Assembly (NCBI GenBank): GCA_041749475.1
Contig: JBGTBD010000027.1
Coordinates: 33,907 to 97,906, forward strand
Direction: 5' to 3'
DNA from: Rickettsiales bacterium
GTDB lineage: Bacteria > Pseudomonadota > Alphaproteobacteria > Rickettsiales > UBA998
Length of the DNA stretch: 64,000 nucleotides
The notes beneath the pieces were generated by a model. It did not search any database and was not told where the DNA came from. It saw only the letters and a program-made list of their open reading frames with translations. Shown here in pieces: positions 18,824 through 29,847 of the stretch. A program made the translations under genes and the position numbers. The number at the start of each line of letters is the position of its first letter. Position 1 is the first letter of the stretch.

Positions 18824-19159
18824 CTAATGCTCCGAACTGTTCATCAGGAAGAGTCTCCTGAGATAGCGGATGAAGTAGAAGAACATCCCCAACCCCAGCA
18901 GCACGCCCAGCACGAATGGGCCGAATACAGGCAGCGTGAAGCTGAAGAGATCCAGCTTGTCCTGATTCGTCTGCCAGTAGCTATAAAGGCTTTCGAACAC
19001 ATTGATGACATAGGCCGGGTTGGCGATATATTCGAGCACGGTGTCCCCGTACTGGATGTAAAGCCCTACAATCATGCCGATATAAATCGGCGTGAGCAGA
19101 AGCAATAACAGCACGATGGGCATGAATACCGCCATCAGAATGATGATGCCCGGACTCAT
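18824..19159 (-). CDS. small multi-TM membrane protein, unknown function
   Basis: The 111-aa, very hydrophobic ORF has a start that overlaps the lpxK stop by 4 nt. It is probably the last gene of the LPS operon. Confidence 0.5.
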   Translation of the reverse strand: MSPGIIILMAVFMPIVLLLLLLTPIYIGMIVGLYIQYGDTVLEYIANPAYVINVFESLYSYWQTNQDKLDLFSFTLPVFGPFVLGVLLGLGMFFYFIRYLRRLFLMNSSEH

Positions 19160-20142
19160 AGGTCGGATTCCCTCTGGTGTATCATACCACTATATGTATG
19201 AATTCCGGGCCAATTGTCCAGATGTAACCGCGCGGGAACGGGCAGGATGTGCGGTTGCACCACGGGGGGGATGCGGAAATGATCCTTCTCCGTCGTCACC
19301 AGCCGTTGGCCTTGCTGCTCAGCCTCTTCCCGCAATTGCTGGATTTCCCGTAGACAATACGGGTGATGATCGGGGAAGGAGCGTGTCGCAGAAACATTGA
19401 TGCCCGCCTGCCGAAGGCTTGCGAAGAATTTTTCAGGCCGTCCGATGCCTGCGAAGGCGAATACTGGTGCACCAAGCAACTCCTTCACCACCTCTGCGTC
19501 CAGTTCCATCCCGGCATGGAATATGGGTTGGTTGATCTGCGCCGCGATACCCGTCGCATCATCCCCGATGAGAATCACCGCCGCCGATTTTGCTAATCCC
19601 GCATTCAGCGATTCACGCAATGGCCCGGCCGGGAATATCATGCCGTTTCCGATGCCAGAACCTCCATCGATTACTAAAAAAGAAACATCCTTCCTGACGA
19701 ACGGGTGCTGTAATCCGTCATCCAGTATCACCACTTCCGCACCTTGGGCGATAGCGGCGCGGACACCTTCTTTACGGTCTTTCGCTACCCAACAAGGCAC
19801 GCTGCGCGCAATGAGCAGCGGCTCGTCACCCACATCCAGATAGCGGTGCTGGGAAATATCCACCCGCACTGGCCCGTCCAGACTGCCGCCGTAGCCCCGA
19901 CTAACCACATGCGCGTCTTTGCCTACATGCCGTATCTCTTCCGCCAGCGCGATGGTGAAGGGCGTCTTCCCTGCTCCCCCGAGCGTCACGTTCCCCACGC
20001 AGATGATGGGGACGCGGAACGATTCCACATCCGCCCGGCGCGTCCGCATATCCGAAGCATACCGATAAAGGGAGCCGAGGGGCGCCAGCATGCGCGAGAG
20101 TTTCCCCGGCGGCTGCCACCAGAATGCCGGAGCGGTTATCAC
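19156..20142 (-). CDS. lpxK: tetraacyldisaccharide 4'-kinase
   Basis: It has the P-loop VGNVTLGGAGKTP. It uses a GTG start that overlaps the waaA stop. Confidence 0.9.
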   Translation of the reverse strand: MITAPAFWWQPPGKLSRMLAPLGSLYRYASDMRTRRADVESFRVPIICVGNVTLGGAGKTPFTIALAEEIRHVGKDAHVVSRGYGGSLDGPVRVDISQHRYLDVGDEPLLIARSVPCWVAKDRKEGVRAAIAQGAEVVILDDGLQHPFVRKDVSFLVIDGGSGIGNGMIFPAGPLRESLNAGLAKSAAVILIGDDATGIAAQINQPIFHAGMELDAEVVKELLGAPVFAFAGIGRPEKFFASLRQAGINVSATRSFPDHHPYCLREIQQLREEAEQQGQRLVTTEKDHFRIPPVVQPHILPVPARLHLDNWPGIHTYSGMIHQRESDL

Positions 20143-21407
20143 GCCTTTAATCCTTCGATGAGTGGGCGCAACGCTTCCTGCACACGCGTCAATACTTCCT
20201 GCTTATCACGCGCCGCTTCCAAAGCACGTTGCGCCAATAGTTCCTGCTTGTCATGATCGCGCAGCAATTCGGCGACATACTCGACCAAGTCCCGTTCATG
20301 ACGGACTTTGCGCGTGGCTTCATGCGCTTCTAGTTCGGCGCAGAATTCCTTGAAATTTTCCATATGTGGACCGTAGAGAATCGCGCAATCGAGGCGCGCC
20401 GGCTCAAACGGATTCTGCCCCCCGTGCGGAACGAGCGAGCCGCCCACGAAGACAATGCCCGCCAGCCGATAGAATATACCGAGCTCCCCCATCGTATCCG
20501 CCAGATAAATATCGGTATCATTAGTGATGGCTTCTCCCTTGCTGCGCTGCGCCACACGACAGCCCAATACCGAAAGCTCCCGCGCAATTTCGTCACCTCG
20601 CGTATTATGCCGGGGAACGATAATTGTCAGCACGTTCGGAAATTGTTCGCGCAATTGCAGGTGCGCCTTGCCGATGATGGCCTCTTCCCCCGGATGGGTG
20701 CTGGAGGCAAGCCATGTCTTGCGGTCACCGATGATGCTGACAATCTCTCCCGTCAACCGGGAATCGGCTTCCAGCGCAGGCGCAGAAAATTTGAGGTTGC
20801 CCGGCATGGAGACATGCTGTGCCCCCAGATTGCGTAAACGCGCGGCATCCTCTTCACTTTGCGCCTGAATCAACGCAAAGCAGGAGAGCATGCGCTGGAC
20901 GAAGGAACGGAATGTCTGCCACCGCGCGAATGACCGCGCCGAGATGCGCGCATTGAGTAAAACAAGCGGGATACCTCTGGCATGGGCAGTAAATATCATG
21001 TTCGGCCAGAGTTCGGATTCCACCCAGACTGCCATATCAGGCCGCCAGTGATGCAGGAATTTCCTGACCGCCTGCGGTGTATCCACGGGCGCGAACTGGT
21101 GCAACGCTCCTTCGGGAAGGCGCGTTGCTACATGGCGGGCGGAAGTCACCGTTACCGTCGTTAGCAGAATGAACATATCCGGGTACATCTCCCGCAAGGA
21201 TTTGATCAGCGGCAATACGGAACTCGACTCCCCCATACTGGCTGCATGAAACCATATCAGTTTACCCTGCGGGCGAGGCAATCCTGCCGCACCGACGCGT
21301 TCATTGCGCCGCTGCCCGTCTTCCTTGCCCTGCTTTTCACGTACCCGCAGCCATAGTGGCAGAAGCGGTGCAATGAGAAGGGAAAGACTCAGATAGAGCG
21401 CACGCAT
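20139..21407 (-). CDS. waaA: 3-deoxy-D-manno-octulosonic acid (Kdo) transferase
   Basis: It has an N-terminal anchor followed by a GT30 layout (LIWFHAASMGES...). Its operon position matches waaA. Confidence 0.9.
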   Translation of the reverse strand: MRALYLSLSLLIAPLLPLWLRVREKQGKEDGQRRNERVGAAGLPRPQGKLIWFHAASMGESSSVLPLIKSLREMYPDMFILLTTVTVTSARHVATRLPEGALHQFAPVDTPQAVRKFLHHWRPDMAVWVESELWPNMIFTAHARGIPLVLLNARISARSFARWQTFRSFVQRMLSCFALIQAQSEEDAARLRNLGAQHVSMPGNLKFSAPALEADSRLTGEIVSIIGDRKTWLASSTHPGEEAIIGKAHLQLREQFPNVLTIIVPRHNTRGDEIARELSVLGCRVAQRSKGEAITNDTDIYLADTMGELGIFYRLAGIVFVGGSLVPHGGQNPFEPARLDCAILYGPHMENFKEFCAELEAHEATRKVRHERDLVEYVAELLRDHDKQELLAQRALEAARDKQEVLTRVQEALRPLIEGLKA

Positions 21408-22120
21408 CAGGCTGCCACTCTTTCGGATGGAATCTGATCGGCGAGCTTATCCGCCCGGTCAGTGAGGTGATTGAGTGTGTCCTCCACCTGCTTACGATAG
21501 GATTCCAGCATATCATTATCTATATCACGGGGAATGGAGATAGGCTCACCTATCACCAGAAACAACCGCGTGAAAGGATACGGGATACAGAACCTATCCC
21601 AGCTTTTGAGGAATGTTGCTTTCGTTGCACTAAAGCTAACGGGAACAATACGTACACCCGACATCTGCGCGGCATAGACGATACCCACCGCCGCTCCACG
21701 CTGCGGCCCACGCGGGCCATCGGGCGTAAGGCTGATATTATCCCCCCGGTTCAACGTCCGCATAATGTTACGCAAGGCGGAAAGACTTCCCCGACTGGAC
21801 GAGCCTTTTATCGTCCTGATGTCGAAGGATTCATTAACCCGAGCAATCAGCACCCCATCTCGATGCGAAGAACTGAGGACGAACATCTTTCGATTTTTTG
21901 GTTTGAATAATGGCATCAGGAACATTCGTCCATGCCAGAACGCACAGATGCACGCCTCCTCACCCGCAAGGATGGGCTTCACCGAATCCGGTATTTCCAC
22001 CACCTGCTTACTGGTGAAACTGACCATCCTGATATAGAACGCGAATAACCCGCACAGCGTGTTGGTGACGATTGGGTTGCCAAGAATCTTCTTCCGCCTC
22101 GTGCGCGACATCAGCTTCAT
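21407..22120 (-). CDS. DUF374 / lysophospholipid acyltransferase family protein
   Basis: It carries the motifs FWHGRMF...SSSHRDG...KGSSSRGSLSAL...TPDGPRGP. Confidence 0.8.
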   Translation of the reverse strand: MKLMSRTRRKKILGNPIVTNTLCGLFAFYIRMVSFTSKQVVEIPDSVKPILAGEEACICAFWHGRMFLMPLFKPKNRKMFVLSSSHRDGVLIARVNESFDIRTIKGSSSRGSLSALRNIMRTLNRGDNISLTPDGPRGPQRGAAVGIVYAAQMSGVRIVPVSFSATKATFLKSWDRFCIPYPFTRLFLVIGEPISIPRDIDNDMLESYRKQVEDTLNHLTDRADKLADQIPSERVAA

Positions 22121-23910
22121 GTGTGCACTCCGTGGAACTGGATATTATACAGCCGCGCATAGGCGCCGTTCTGTTTCAGGAGCACGTCATGGGACCCTGA
22201 TTCGACGATACGGCCACCCTCCAGCACATAGATGATATCGGCATGGCGAATAGTGGAAAGCCGATGCGCGATCACGAGGCTCGTCCGGTGCAGCATCAAT
22301 TCATCCAGTGCTTTTTGTACGCTTTTCTCAGACTCGGTATCGAGCGCGGACGTCGCTTCATCCAGCAACAATATAGGTGCATTTTTAAGCAGTGCGCGCG
22401 CAATGCTAAGGCGCTGACGCTGCCCTCCGGAAAGCTTTGTACCATGCGGTCCGATACGCGTCTGGTATCCGTCTGGCAATGCCATGATGAATGAGTCCGC
22501 ATCCGCCGCCTTCGCCGCCGCGATGACCTCCTCTTCCGTCACATTTGCCCGGCCATAGGCGATGTTATTCGCCACCGTATCGTCGAACAGGATCACTTCC
22601 TGGCCGACATAGGCAATAGATTGGCGCAGCGAAGAGAATGTCACGTCGCTGATGTCCTGCCCGTCGATGAGGATGCGGCCGGACGTCACATCATAAAAGC
22701 GCAGGAGCACGTTCATCATCGTTGTCTTCCCCGACCCCGAGGGGCCGACAAGTGCCGCGATCTTCCCGGCAGGAATTTCAAGGTGAACGCCACGTAACGC
22801 GGGAATGTTCGCCCCGTAATCAAACGTTACATCATCGAACACCACCTGCCCGCTGGTGATGGCAAGCGCCCGTGCATCCGGCTTCTCTACCACGGTCGCC
22901 TGCTGGTCGATGACGGTGAAATACCGCCCCGCTGCGGACATGCCTTCCTGCAGCTGCGTCCCCAACCCCGTCACCGCGCGGATGGGTTTATAGGCCATGA
23001 TCATCGCCGCGATGAAGGAGACGAACGCCCCTTGCGTCGTATGTCCGTGCATTACCTGCCACCCGCCATAGGCAATGATACCCGCTATGGAGATAGACCC
23101 GAACGCCTCGATCATCGGCGCGGCCAACGCCTGCACCCGGCTCGCCTTCATGTAGAGTTTATAGAGGCGCTGCACATGGACGTTCGCCCGCTCGATCTCG
23201 AAATCTTCGCGATGATAGGCCTTGACGACCTTCACCGCACTGAACACTTCATCGAGCTGCCCCGCGAACTGGCTGAGCTGCTCTTGCGTCCCGTCCGTGA
23301 TTTTCCGCATCCGTTTCCCCAGCTTGATGATAGGGCGGATGATGAGCGGAAAGAGAATAAACGCCGCCAGCGACAATTCCCAGCTCTGATAGAACATCAC
23401 CGCAACGAGGAAAATCATCGTCAGTAATTCTTTGGCAAGACCGGTCAAAACCGTACTCACGGCATTGCGCATCAATTGAATATCATTCGTAAAACGCGAG
23501 ATGAGATGCCCCGAGGATTGCTGCTGGAACATCGCCAGATCCCCATGCACCAGATGCGCGAACAAATCGATCTGCATCGTCGCGATGATGCCTTGCCCAA
23601 CTTTGCGCATGAATACCGTCTGCCCGTAATTCGCCGCCGCGCCGATGATACCGACAAGAACGACTAACCCAGGGAGGATATAGAGCATCGTTTCGTCCTT
23701 CTTCAGGAAAATATCATCCAGCACCGGCTGCAGCATATAAGCGTTCGCGGCCACCGACAGCGCCGCCACCACCATGCAGCATACCGCGAGGATAATCGTA
23801 TTGCGATAATGCGAGATGTAATCGCGGAACAGGCGGCGCAGCAATTGTGCGTTGGAAAGCGAGGTGGGAAGAACGGGGAAAAACGTCATGCGGTGCTTAG
23901 CTTCCTGCAA
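22117..23910 (-). CDS. msbA: ABC transporter permease/ATPase, lipid A exporter MsbA-like
   Basis: It has a 6-TM domain plus an NBD with GPSGSGKTT, LSGGQRQRLSIARA and LLLDEATSALD. It lies in an operon with waaA and lpxK. Confidence 0.85.
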   Translation of the reverse strand: MQEAKHRMTFFPVLPTSLSNAQLLRRLFRDYISHYRNTIILAVCCMVVAALSVAANAYMLQPVLDDIFLKKDETMLYILPGLVVLVGIIGAAANYGQTVFMRKVGQGIIATMQIDLFAHLVHGDLAMFQQQSSGHLISRFTNDIQLMRNAVSTVLTGLAKELLTMIFLVAVMFYQSWELSLAAFILFPLIIRPIIKLGKRMRKITDGTQEQLSQFAGQLDEVFSAVKVVKAYHREDFEIERANVHVQRLYKLYMKASRVQALAAPMIEAFGSISIAGIIAYGGWQVMHGHTTQGAFVSFIAAMIMAYKPIRAVTGLGTQLQEGMSAAGRYFTVIDQQATVVEKPDARALAITSGQVVFDDVTFDYGANIPALRGVHLEIPAGKIAALVGPSGSGKTTMMNVLLRFYDVTSGRILIDGQDISDVTFSSLRQSIAYVGQEVILFDDTVANNIAYGRANVTEEEVIAAAKAADADSFIMALPDGYQTRIGPHGTKLSGGQRQRLSIARALLKNAPILLLDEATSALDTESEKSVQKALDELMLHRTSLVIAHRLSTIRHADIIYVLEGGRIVESGSHDVLLKQNGAYARLYNIQFHGVHT

Positions 23911-25276
23911 TCGTCATCCCACCGATAGCGAATGTCGGCGTGTTGATACTATAACGCATCGTCAAGTCGTTTGCAGGCTGAATCGCCTTGAACATCTCCG
24001 GTAAACGCCCGGCGATAGTAATCTCCGAAACCGGATAGGAAATCTTTCCGTTCTCGATCCAGAACCCTGCTGCACCCTGGCTGTAATCCCCGGTGATGAT
24101 GTTGACGCCCATACCGAATACATCCGTGACATACAGGCCCGTATGCACCTGCGCCAGCAACGCATCGCGCGTGATGGAGCCGTTCTGCATATAGAGATTA
24201 CTACATGTCGGTGATGGCGGTGAGGAAAGCCCACGGCTGGCATGTCCCGTCGTCTGCATCCCCAACTGCTTTGCGGTACGCGTATCGAGCAACCACGTCT
24301 TCAACACGCCATTCTCAATGATGGCTTGTTTCTTCACCCGTACCCCTTCACCGTCGAACGGGTGCGAACCCAATCCACGCTTCACTAATGGATCGTCGAT
24401 GACATTGATGTTGGCTGCAAAAACCTCTTTGCCTAACTGCTCGAGCAGGAACGTTGTCTTGCGCGATACGGACGCACCAGAAATAGCGCCCACCAACGTC
24501 CCCAGCAGATTTTTCCCAATGCGGGGATCGAATACGATCGGTACGCTGGTCGAGGCGATCTTGCGTGAGCCGATGCGCGATAAGGTCAACTCCGCGGCTT
24601 TACGACCAATAGACTCAGCATCCGCCAGATCCACGCGATGACGCGCCACGCTATAATCATAATCCCGCTCCATGCCGTCTTTCTCACCCGCAAGCAACGT
24701 CACTGAAAGCGCGTGGCTGGAGATACGATACCCGCCTGCGAACCCTTCGCTCGTCGCGAGGAATACGCGGTTAGAGGAGAAGGACGCATCCGCCCCTTCC
24801 GAATTGGTGATGCCCGCCACGTCCCGTCCTGCCGCTTCCGCTTTCAGCGTTGTTTCCAGCAAGTCGGCAGCACTCGGCTCCTCGCCGTCGAATAAATCCA
24901 GCTCCGGCCATTCCTTCGCCAGCAGTGACGCATCGGCCAGTGTAGAATACGCATCGGGCGTCGCCACCTTCGCCATCGCCACCGCGCGCTCGGCTAATAT
25001 CCCTAATTTCTCCGGTCGCAAATCGCTGGTGGATACCATCGCCTGACGGTCACCCACCCAGACGCGAAGGCCGAGGCCGCTCGACTCCGAACGCTCCAGC
25101 GCCTCCTGTTTGCCAAGACGACAGGTAGCGGTCGCGTCCACGCTTTCGGCCATTAATACATCCGCCTTGTCCGCCCCGGCGCGTTTTGCCGTATCGAGCG
25201 CTTGAGACGCCAGATCTTCCAATGCGGCTGATAATGCAGTCTTTTCCATGAGTTGTGTCATCCCCGCTTCATACAC
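23897..25276 (-). CDS. pmbA: TldD/PmbA-family metalloprotease (PmbA/TldE-like)
   Basis: The layout and length match the family, and the C-terminal region reads GDYSQGAAGFWIENG. It overlaps msbA by 14 nt. Confidence 0.75.
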   Translation of the reverse strand: MYEAGMTQLMEKTALSAALEDLASQALDTAKRAGADKADVLMAESVDATATCRLGKQEALERSESSGLGLRVWVGDRQAMVSTSDLRPEKLGILAERAVAMAKVATPDAYSTLADASLLAKEWPELDLFDGEEPSAADLLETTLKAEAAGRDVAGITNSEGADASFSSNRVFLATSEGFAGGYRISSHALSVTLLAGEKDGMERDYDYSVARHRVDLADAESIGRKAAELTLSRIGSRKIASTSVPIVFDPRIGKNLLGTLVGAISGASVSRKTTFLLEQLGKEVFAANINVIDDPLVKRGLGSHPFDGEGVRVKKQAIIENGVLKTWLLDTRTAKQLGMQTTGHASRGLSSPPSPTCSNLYMQNGSITRDALLAQVHTGLYVTDVFGMGVNIITGDYSQGAAGFWIENGKISYPVSEITIAGRLPEMFKAIQPANDLTMRYSINTPTFAIGGMTIAGS

Positions 25277-25321
25277 GCCTTTGCCGGATAATACCAGCCT
25301 AGGAACAAATAGTTATCATTT

Positions 25322-26110
25322 TTAAGAGGTTAGCCCTGCCGATGATTTGGCAGGCAACCGCGCGAACAGCCAATCCGTCCATGCCGGGGACAGCAGCGAT
25401 AAGAACCAGATGAGGCTATACGCCTGAAACGGGAACGCGATACGCGCCTTATTTCGCGCGAGCCCACCTGCAATGATTGTCGCCGCCTTTTCCGCCGGGA
25501 TGATGAACGGCATGGTGTATCCATTGATATTCGTCATCGGCGTTTCGATGAATCCCGGGCAGATGACGGAGACATGCACACCGTCTTTTTTCACAAATCC
25601 GCGCAACGCTTCACCGTAACTCTTCACCGCGGCTTTGCTGGCGCAATAGGCAGGCGCACCGGGAAATCCACGGAAGCCAGCAAGTGAGGACATGATGCCG
25701 ATCTGCCCCTTTCCCCGCGCCTGCATGCGCGCCAGCGCCGGAAGCACCGTGTTGAACACCCCCTGCACATTGGTCGCGAAAATCTGTTCCACTTCATCAA
25801 GCGTTTCTGTCCCCACCGCCGTACCGCCGGAAATCCCGGCATTGGCGATGACGAGGTCGAAGGGGTATTTCTCATCCATGATGTCGATACAGTGCTGCAT
25901 CGCCGCTTTATCGGTCACATCCACTTCTACCAGTTCGACGGCCGCCCCACGCGCCGTACAATTCAGCGACACCTGTTCCAACCGCTGCGCATTGCGCCCG
26001 GTCAGAATCAGCGTCACCCCCCGTGTCGCGTAATGCCGCGCCAGCGCGGCGCCGATACCACTCGACGCCCCGGTGATGAAAATAGATTTGGGTAGATGAA
26101 AGTCGCTCAT
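25322..26110 (-). CDS. short-chain dehydrogenase/reductase (SDR)
   Basis: It has the cofactor site TGASSGIG, NAG, and the catalytic S...YCASK. Confidence 0.8.
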   Translation of the reverse strand: MSDFHLPKSIFITGASSGIGAALARHYATRGVTLILTGRNAQRLEQVSLNCTARGAAVELVEVDVTDKAAMQHCIDIMDEKYPFDLVIANAGISGGTAVGTETLDEVEQIFATNVQGVFNTVLPALARMQARGKGQIGIMSSLAGFRGFPGAPAYCASKAAVKSYGEALRGFVKKDGVHVSVICPGFIETPMTNINGYTMPFIIPAEKAATIIAGGLARNKARIAFPFQAYSLIWFLSLLSPAWTDWLFARLPAKSSAGLTS

Positions 26111-26116
26111 ATGTCT

Positions 26117-26908
26117 CTACACATACGGCGGACAATGCCGCCCCGAAGGTGACGCGGTGAAAATCTCGAACCCGTCCTTGGTCACGGCGATGGAATGCTC
26201 GAACTGGCAGGAGAGTGAGCGGTCGCGCGTCGTCACCGTCCACCCGTCCAGCGTACTCAGCTTCGTATGTTCTTTCCCCGCATTGACCATCGGCTCCACG
26301 GTAAAGAACATCCCTTCCTGTAACTTCACGCCACTGCCCGGTGTGCCGTAATGCAGAATATTCGGTGCGGCGTGGAATACTTTTCCCAACCCATGCCCGC
26401 AATAATCCTTCACGATGGAATAGCCCTGCCGCTCGGCATAGGTCTGAATCGCATAGCCGATATCCCCCGTCGTCGCGCCCGGCTTCACCTGCTCAATACC
26501 GAGCATCATCGCCTCATAGGTGATCTGCGTCAGTCGTTTCGCCTTGATCGGAACCGCGTCCCCTACCCAGAACATCCGGCTGGTATCCCCATGCCACCCA
26601 TCGACGATGACAGTGACATCGACATTCACCGCGTCCCCGTTCTTCAGCGGGTTCGCGTCGGGGATGCCATGGCAGACGACATGGTTGATGGAGGTGCAGA
26701 TCGATTTCGGGAAGCCGCGATAATTCAGCGGCGCAGGAATCGCGCCCGCCTTGATGATACGGTCATGACAATAATCATTGATCGCGTTGGTGCTCACCCC
26801 CGGCCTGATAAGCTCGGCGACCTCATCCAGAATGGTCGCGGCGAGCCTCCCGGCTTTGCGCATTCCTTCATAGTCTTCAGGGGTGTGAATCGTGATTTCC
26901 TTGGCCAT
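26117..26908 (-). CDS. map: type I methionine aminopeptidase
   Basis: It reads MAKEITIHTPEDYEGMRKAG... with metal ligands in VCHGIPD, DVTVIVDGWHGD, GHGLG and FTVEPM. The track ORF extending to 27649 is an upstream read-through artefact. Confidence 0.95.
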   Translation of the reverse strand: MAKEITIHTPEDYEGMRKAGRLAATILDEVAELIRPGVSTNAINDYCHDRIIKAGAIPAPLNYRGFPKSICTSINHVVCHGIPDANPLKNGDAVNVDVTVIVDGWHGDTSRMFWVGDAVPIKAKRLTQITYEAMMLGIEQVKPGATTGDIGYAIQTYAERQGYSIVKDYCGHGLGKVFHAAPNILHYGTPGSGVKLQEGMFFTVEPMVNAGKEHTKLSTLDGWTVTTRDRSLSCQFEHSIAVTKDGFEIFTASPSGRHCPPYV

Positions 26909-27022
26909 GAAGCATATGTAGACCAGCCATTCCCACAGCGCAATCCCGTTTCCGGTGAAATTTATCGAAAAACCGCTGTACTGGCGCTGGAATTTAGCAT
27001 TTTTTCCTCTATCTTGTCCCCT

Positions 27023-27769
27023 ATGAACCACTCCCCCACCGCCTGTCTCATCATCATCGGCAACGAGATCCTCTCCGGCAGGACGCAGGACAAAAACCTG
27101 AGCTGGCTTGCGGGCGAGCTGAACACGCTGGGCATCCGGATGACCCATGCCCGCGTCATCCCCGATATCGAGCAGACCATCATCGACACGGTGAATGAAT
27201 GCCGCGCCGCCTACACCTACGTCTTCACCACCGGCGGCATCGGCCCGACGCATGACGACATTACCGCTTCCAGCATCGCCAAGGCTTTCGGCGCACCGCT
27301 CATCCGTCACCCGGAAGCCGAGCGCCGCCTGCGCGCGCATTATACGCCGGAAGACATCAATGAAGCCCGCCTGAAAATGGCTGAAACCCCAGAAGGGGCA
27401 ACGCTGATTGACAATCCCGTCAGCACCGCGCCGGGATTCCAGATGGAGAATGTGTATGTGCTGGCGGGCGTCCCGCGCATCATGCAGGCGATGTTTGATC
27501 ACCTGAAATCCGGCCTCACCGGTGGCAACCCCACTATGGCCCGCACGCTCAACATCAACCTCCCCGAAGGCACGATTGCCGCAGGTCTGGGCAAATTGCA
27601 ACAAGAATTCCCGAATGTCGATATCGGCAGTTATCCGCATTTCCAGCAAGGCGGCTATGCGGTGAGTCTCGTTCTGCGCTCAACCGAGCAGAACGCGCTT
27701 GATGCCTGTTTCACGCAGTTGCAAGCATTCCTCAGCTCACTCGGCGCGGAGATGAAAGAAGTCGCGTAA
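27023..27769 (+). CDS. CinA-like / MoCF-biosynthesis (molybdopterin-binding) domain protein
   Basis: It reads MNHSPTACLIIIGNEILSGRTQDKN...TTGGIGPTHDDIT. I set the ATG at 27023, and the track start at 26351 is an artefact. Confidence 0.8.
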   Translation: MNHSPTACLIIIGNEILSGRTQDKNLSWLAGELNTLGIRMTHARVIPDIEQTIIDTVNECRAAYTYVFTTGGIGPTHDDITASSIAKAFGAPLIRHPEAERRLRAHYTPEDINEARLKMAETPEGATLIDNPVSTAPGFQMENVYVLAGVPRIMQAMFDHLKSGLTGGNPTMARTLNINLPEGTIAAGLGKLQQEFPNVDIGSYPHFQQGGYAVSLVLRSTEQNALDACFTQLQAFLSSLGAEMKEVA

Positions 27770-28591
27770 TTATTTTCGGCGGCGGATGATGTCTACATTC
27801 TTCGGCTGCGGTGTATCGGGTGAGGTAAGGGTAGACAATATCTCCTCTCCCGTCACCTCGTCCCGTACCGATTCGACGCCGGACAGCATCGCCACGGTAT
27901 GCCCACGCCCATTGATAACTTCGATCCGCATATCCGGGCTATCCGCATCCAGCTGAAAGCGGTAGCGCGCCGCATCCTTGATGAACACCGTATCATGTCC
28001 TTCGCCGCCATTCATTTCGTTAGGATGTTCACTGGCTTTACCCGGCTCAACACCACCAAAGCTTCCTTCCGGATTATAAGCAGTTGGGCCCTCTATCAAC
28101 TCCCTCCCAAGTTCGCTGAACACATCGCCCAATCCCCGCTCATAAAAATCCCACGGCGCAAGATGAAACTGGTCATCTCCTGCACCTGATTCAATGTAAT
28201 TCCCGCCATTACCGATGATGGCAAAGCTGTCGTCCGCTTTTCCGGTGGTGATGGAGGTAGCGAAAGCGTTTTCCAATATCCCCGTTACGCGACCTGATTC
28301 CGCCGTAACGTTGGCAATCCGCCCGTCATCGACCGTGATGGTTGTTTCCCCACGGATGATCGCATCCTTCACAAAAGCATCATCGACCGATAGGATAGAT
28401 TGCGGAGCGTTTACCGCAAGCGACGTCACCGTTCCGCCGTCCACGATCACCGCCACCGGTCGCCCTTCAGCCGAGTGCGTGACCTGATGCTCGCCGGAAT
28501 GGATGATCGTCGTGCCCATCCCCGTAATATCATGCGCCCCCGAATCGCCACGCGACAAAACGGTATATTTCGATGTTATCTCATCACTCAT
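27770..28591 (-). CDS. hypothetical acidic beta-rich protein with two RTX-type nonapeptides
   Basis: The 273-aa protein has no TM helix or signal peptide. It carries ESGAGDDQF and NGGEGHDTVFI, which match GGxGxDxUx. It occupies the position downstream of mreB where mreC is usually found. Confidence 0.55.
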   Translation of the reverse strand: MSDEITSKYTVLSRGDSGAHDITGMGTTIIHSGEHQVTHSAEGRPVAVIVDGGTVTSLAVNAPQSILSVDDAFVKDAIIRGETTITVDDGRIANVTAESGRVTGILENAFATSITTGKADDSFAIIGNGGNYIESGAGDDQFHLAPWDFYERGLGDVFSELGRELIEGPTAYNPEGSFGGVEPGKASEHPNEMNGGEGHDTVFIKDAARYRFQLDADSPDMRIEVINGRGHTVAMLSGVESVRDEVTGEEILSTLTSPDTPQPKNVDIIRRRK

Positions 28592-28652
28592 CCCGGCATC
28601 ATATCACGAGGCAGGGCGGAGAAATGTTAAAATATGATTATGTTGTGGGGTA

Positions 28653-29765
<1,113 letters not shown>

Positions 29766-29847
29766 TTAATACGGTAAAATCCCCAAAGCGTCATAAAAAC
29801 GCAATATCCAAGAAGTAGTAAATACGTGTTAATAATTGGGGATTTCT

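Noticed and set aside
26909-27649. An upstream extension makes the map ORF 510 aa. The mirror-image case is the 26351-27022 extension of the CinA-like ORF.
   Set aside because: The real N-termini (MAKEITIHTPEDYEG and MNHSPTACLIIIGNEILSGR) match family starts. The extensions run through each other's coding regions and through the divergent promoter region.
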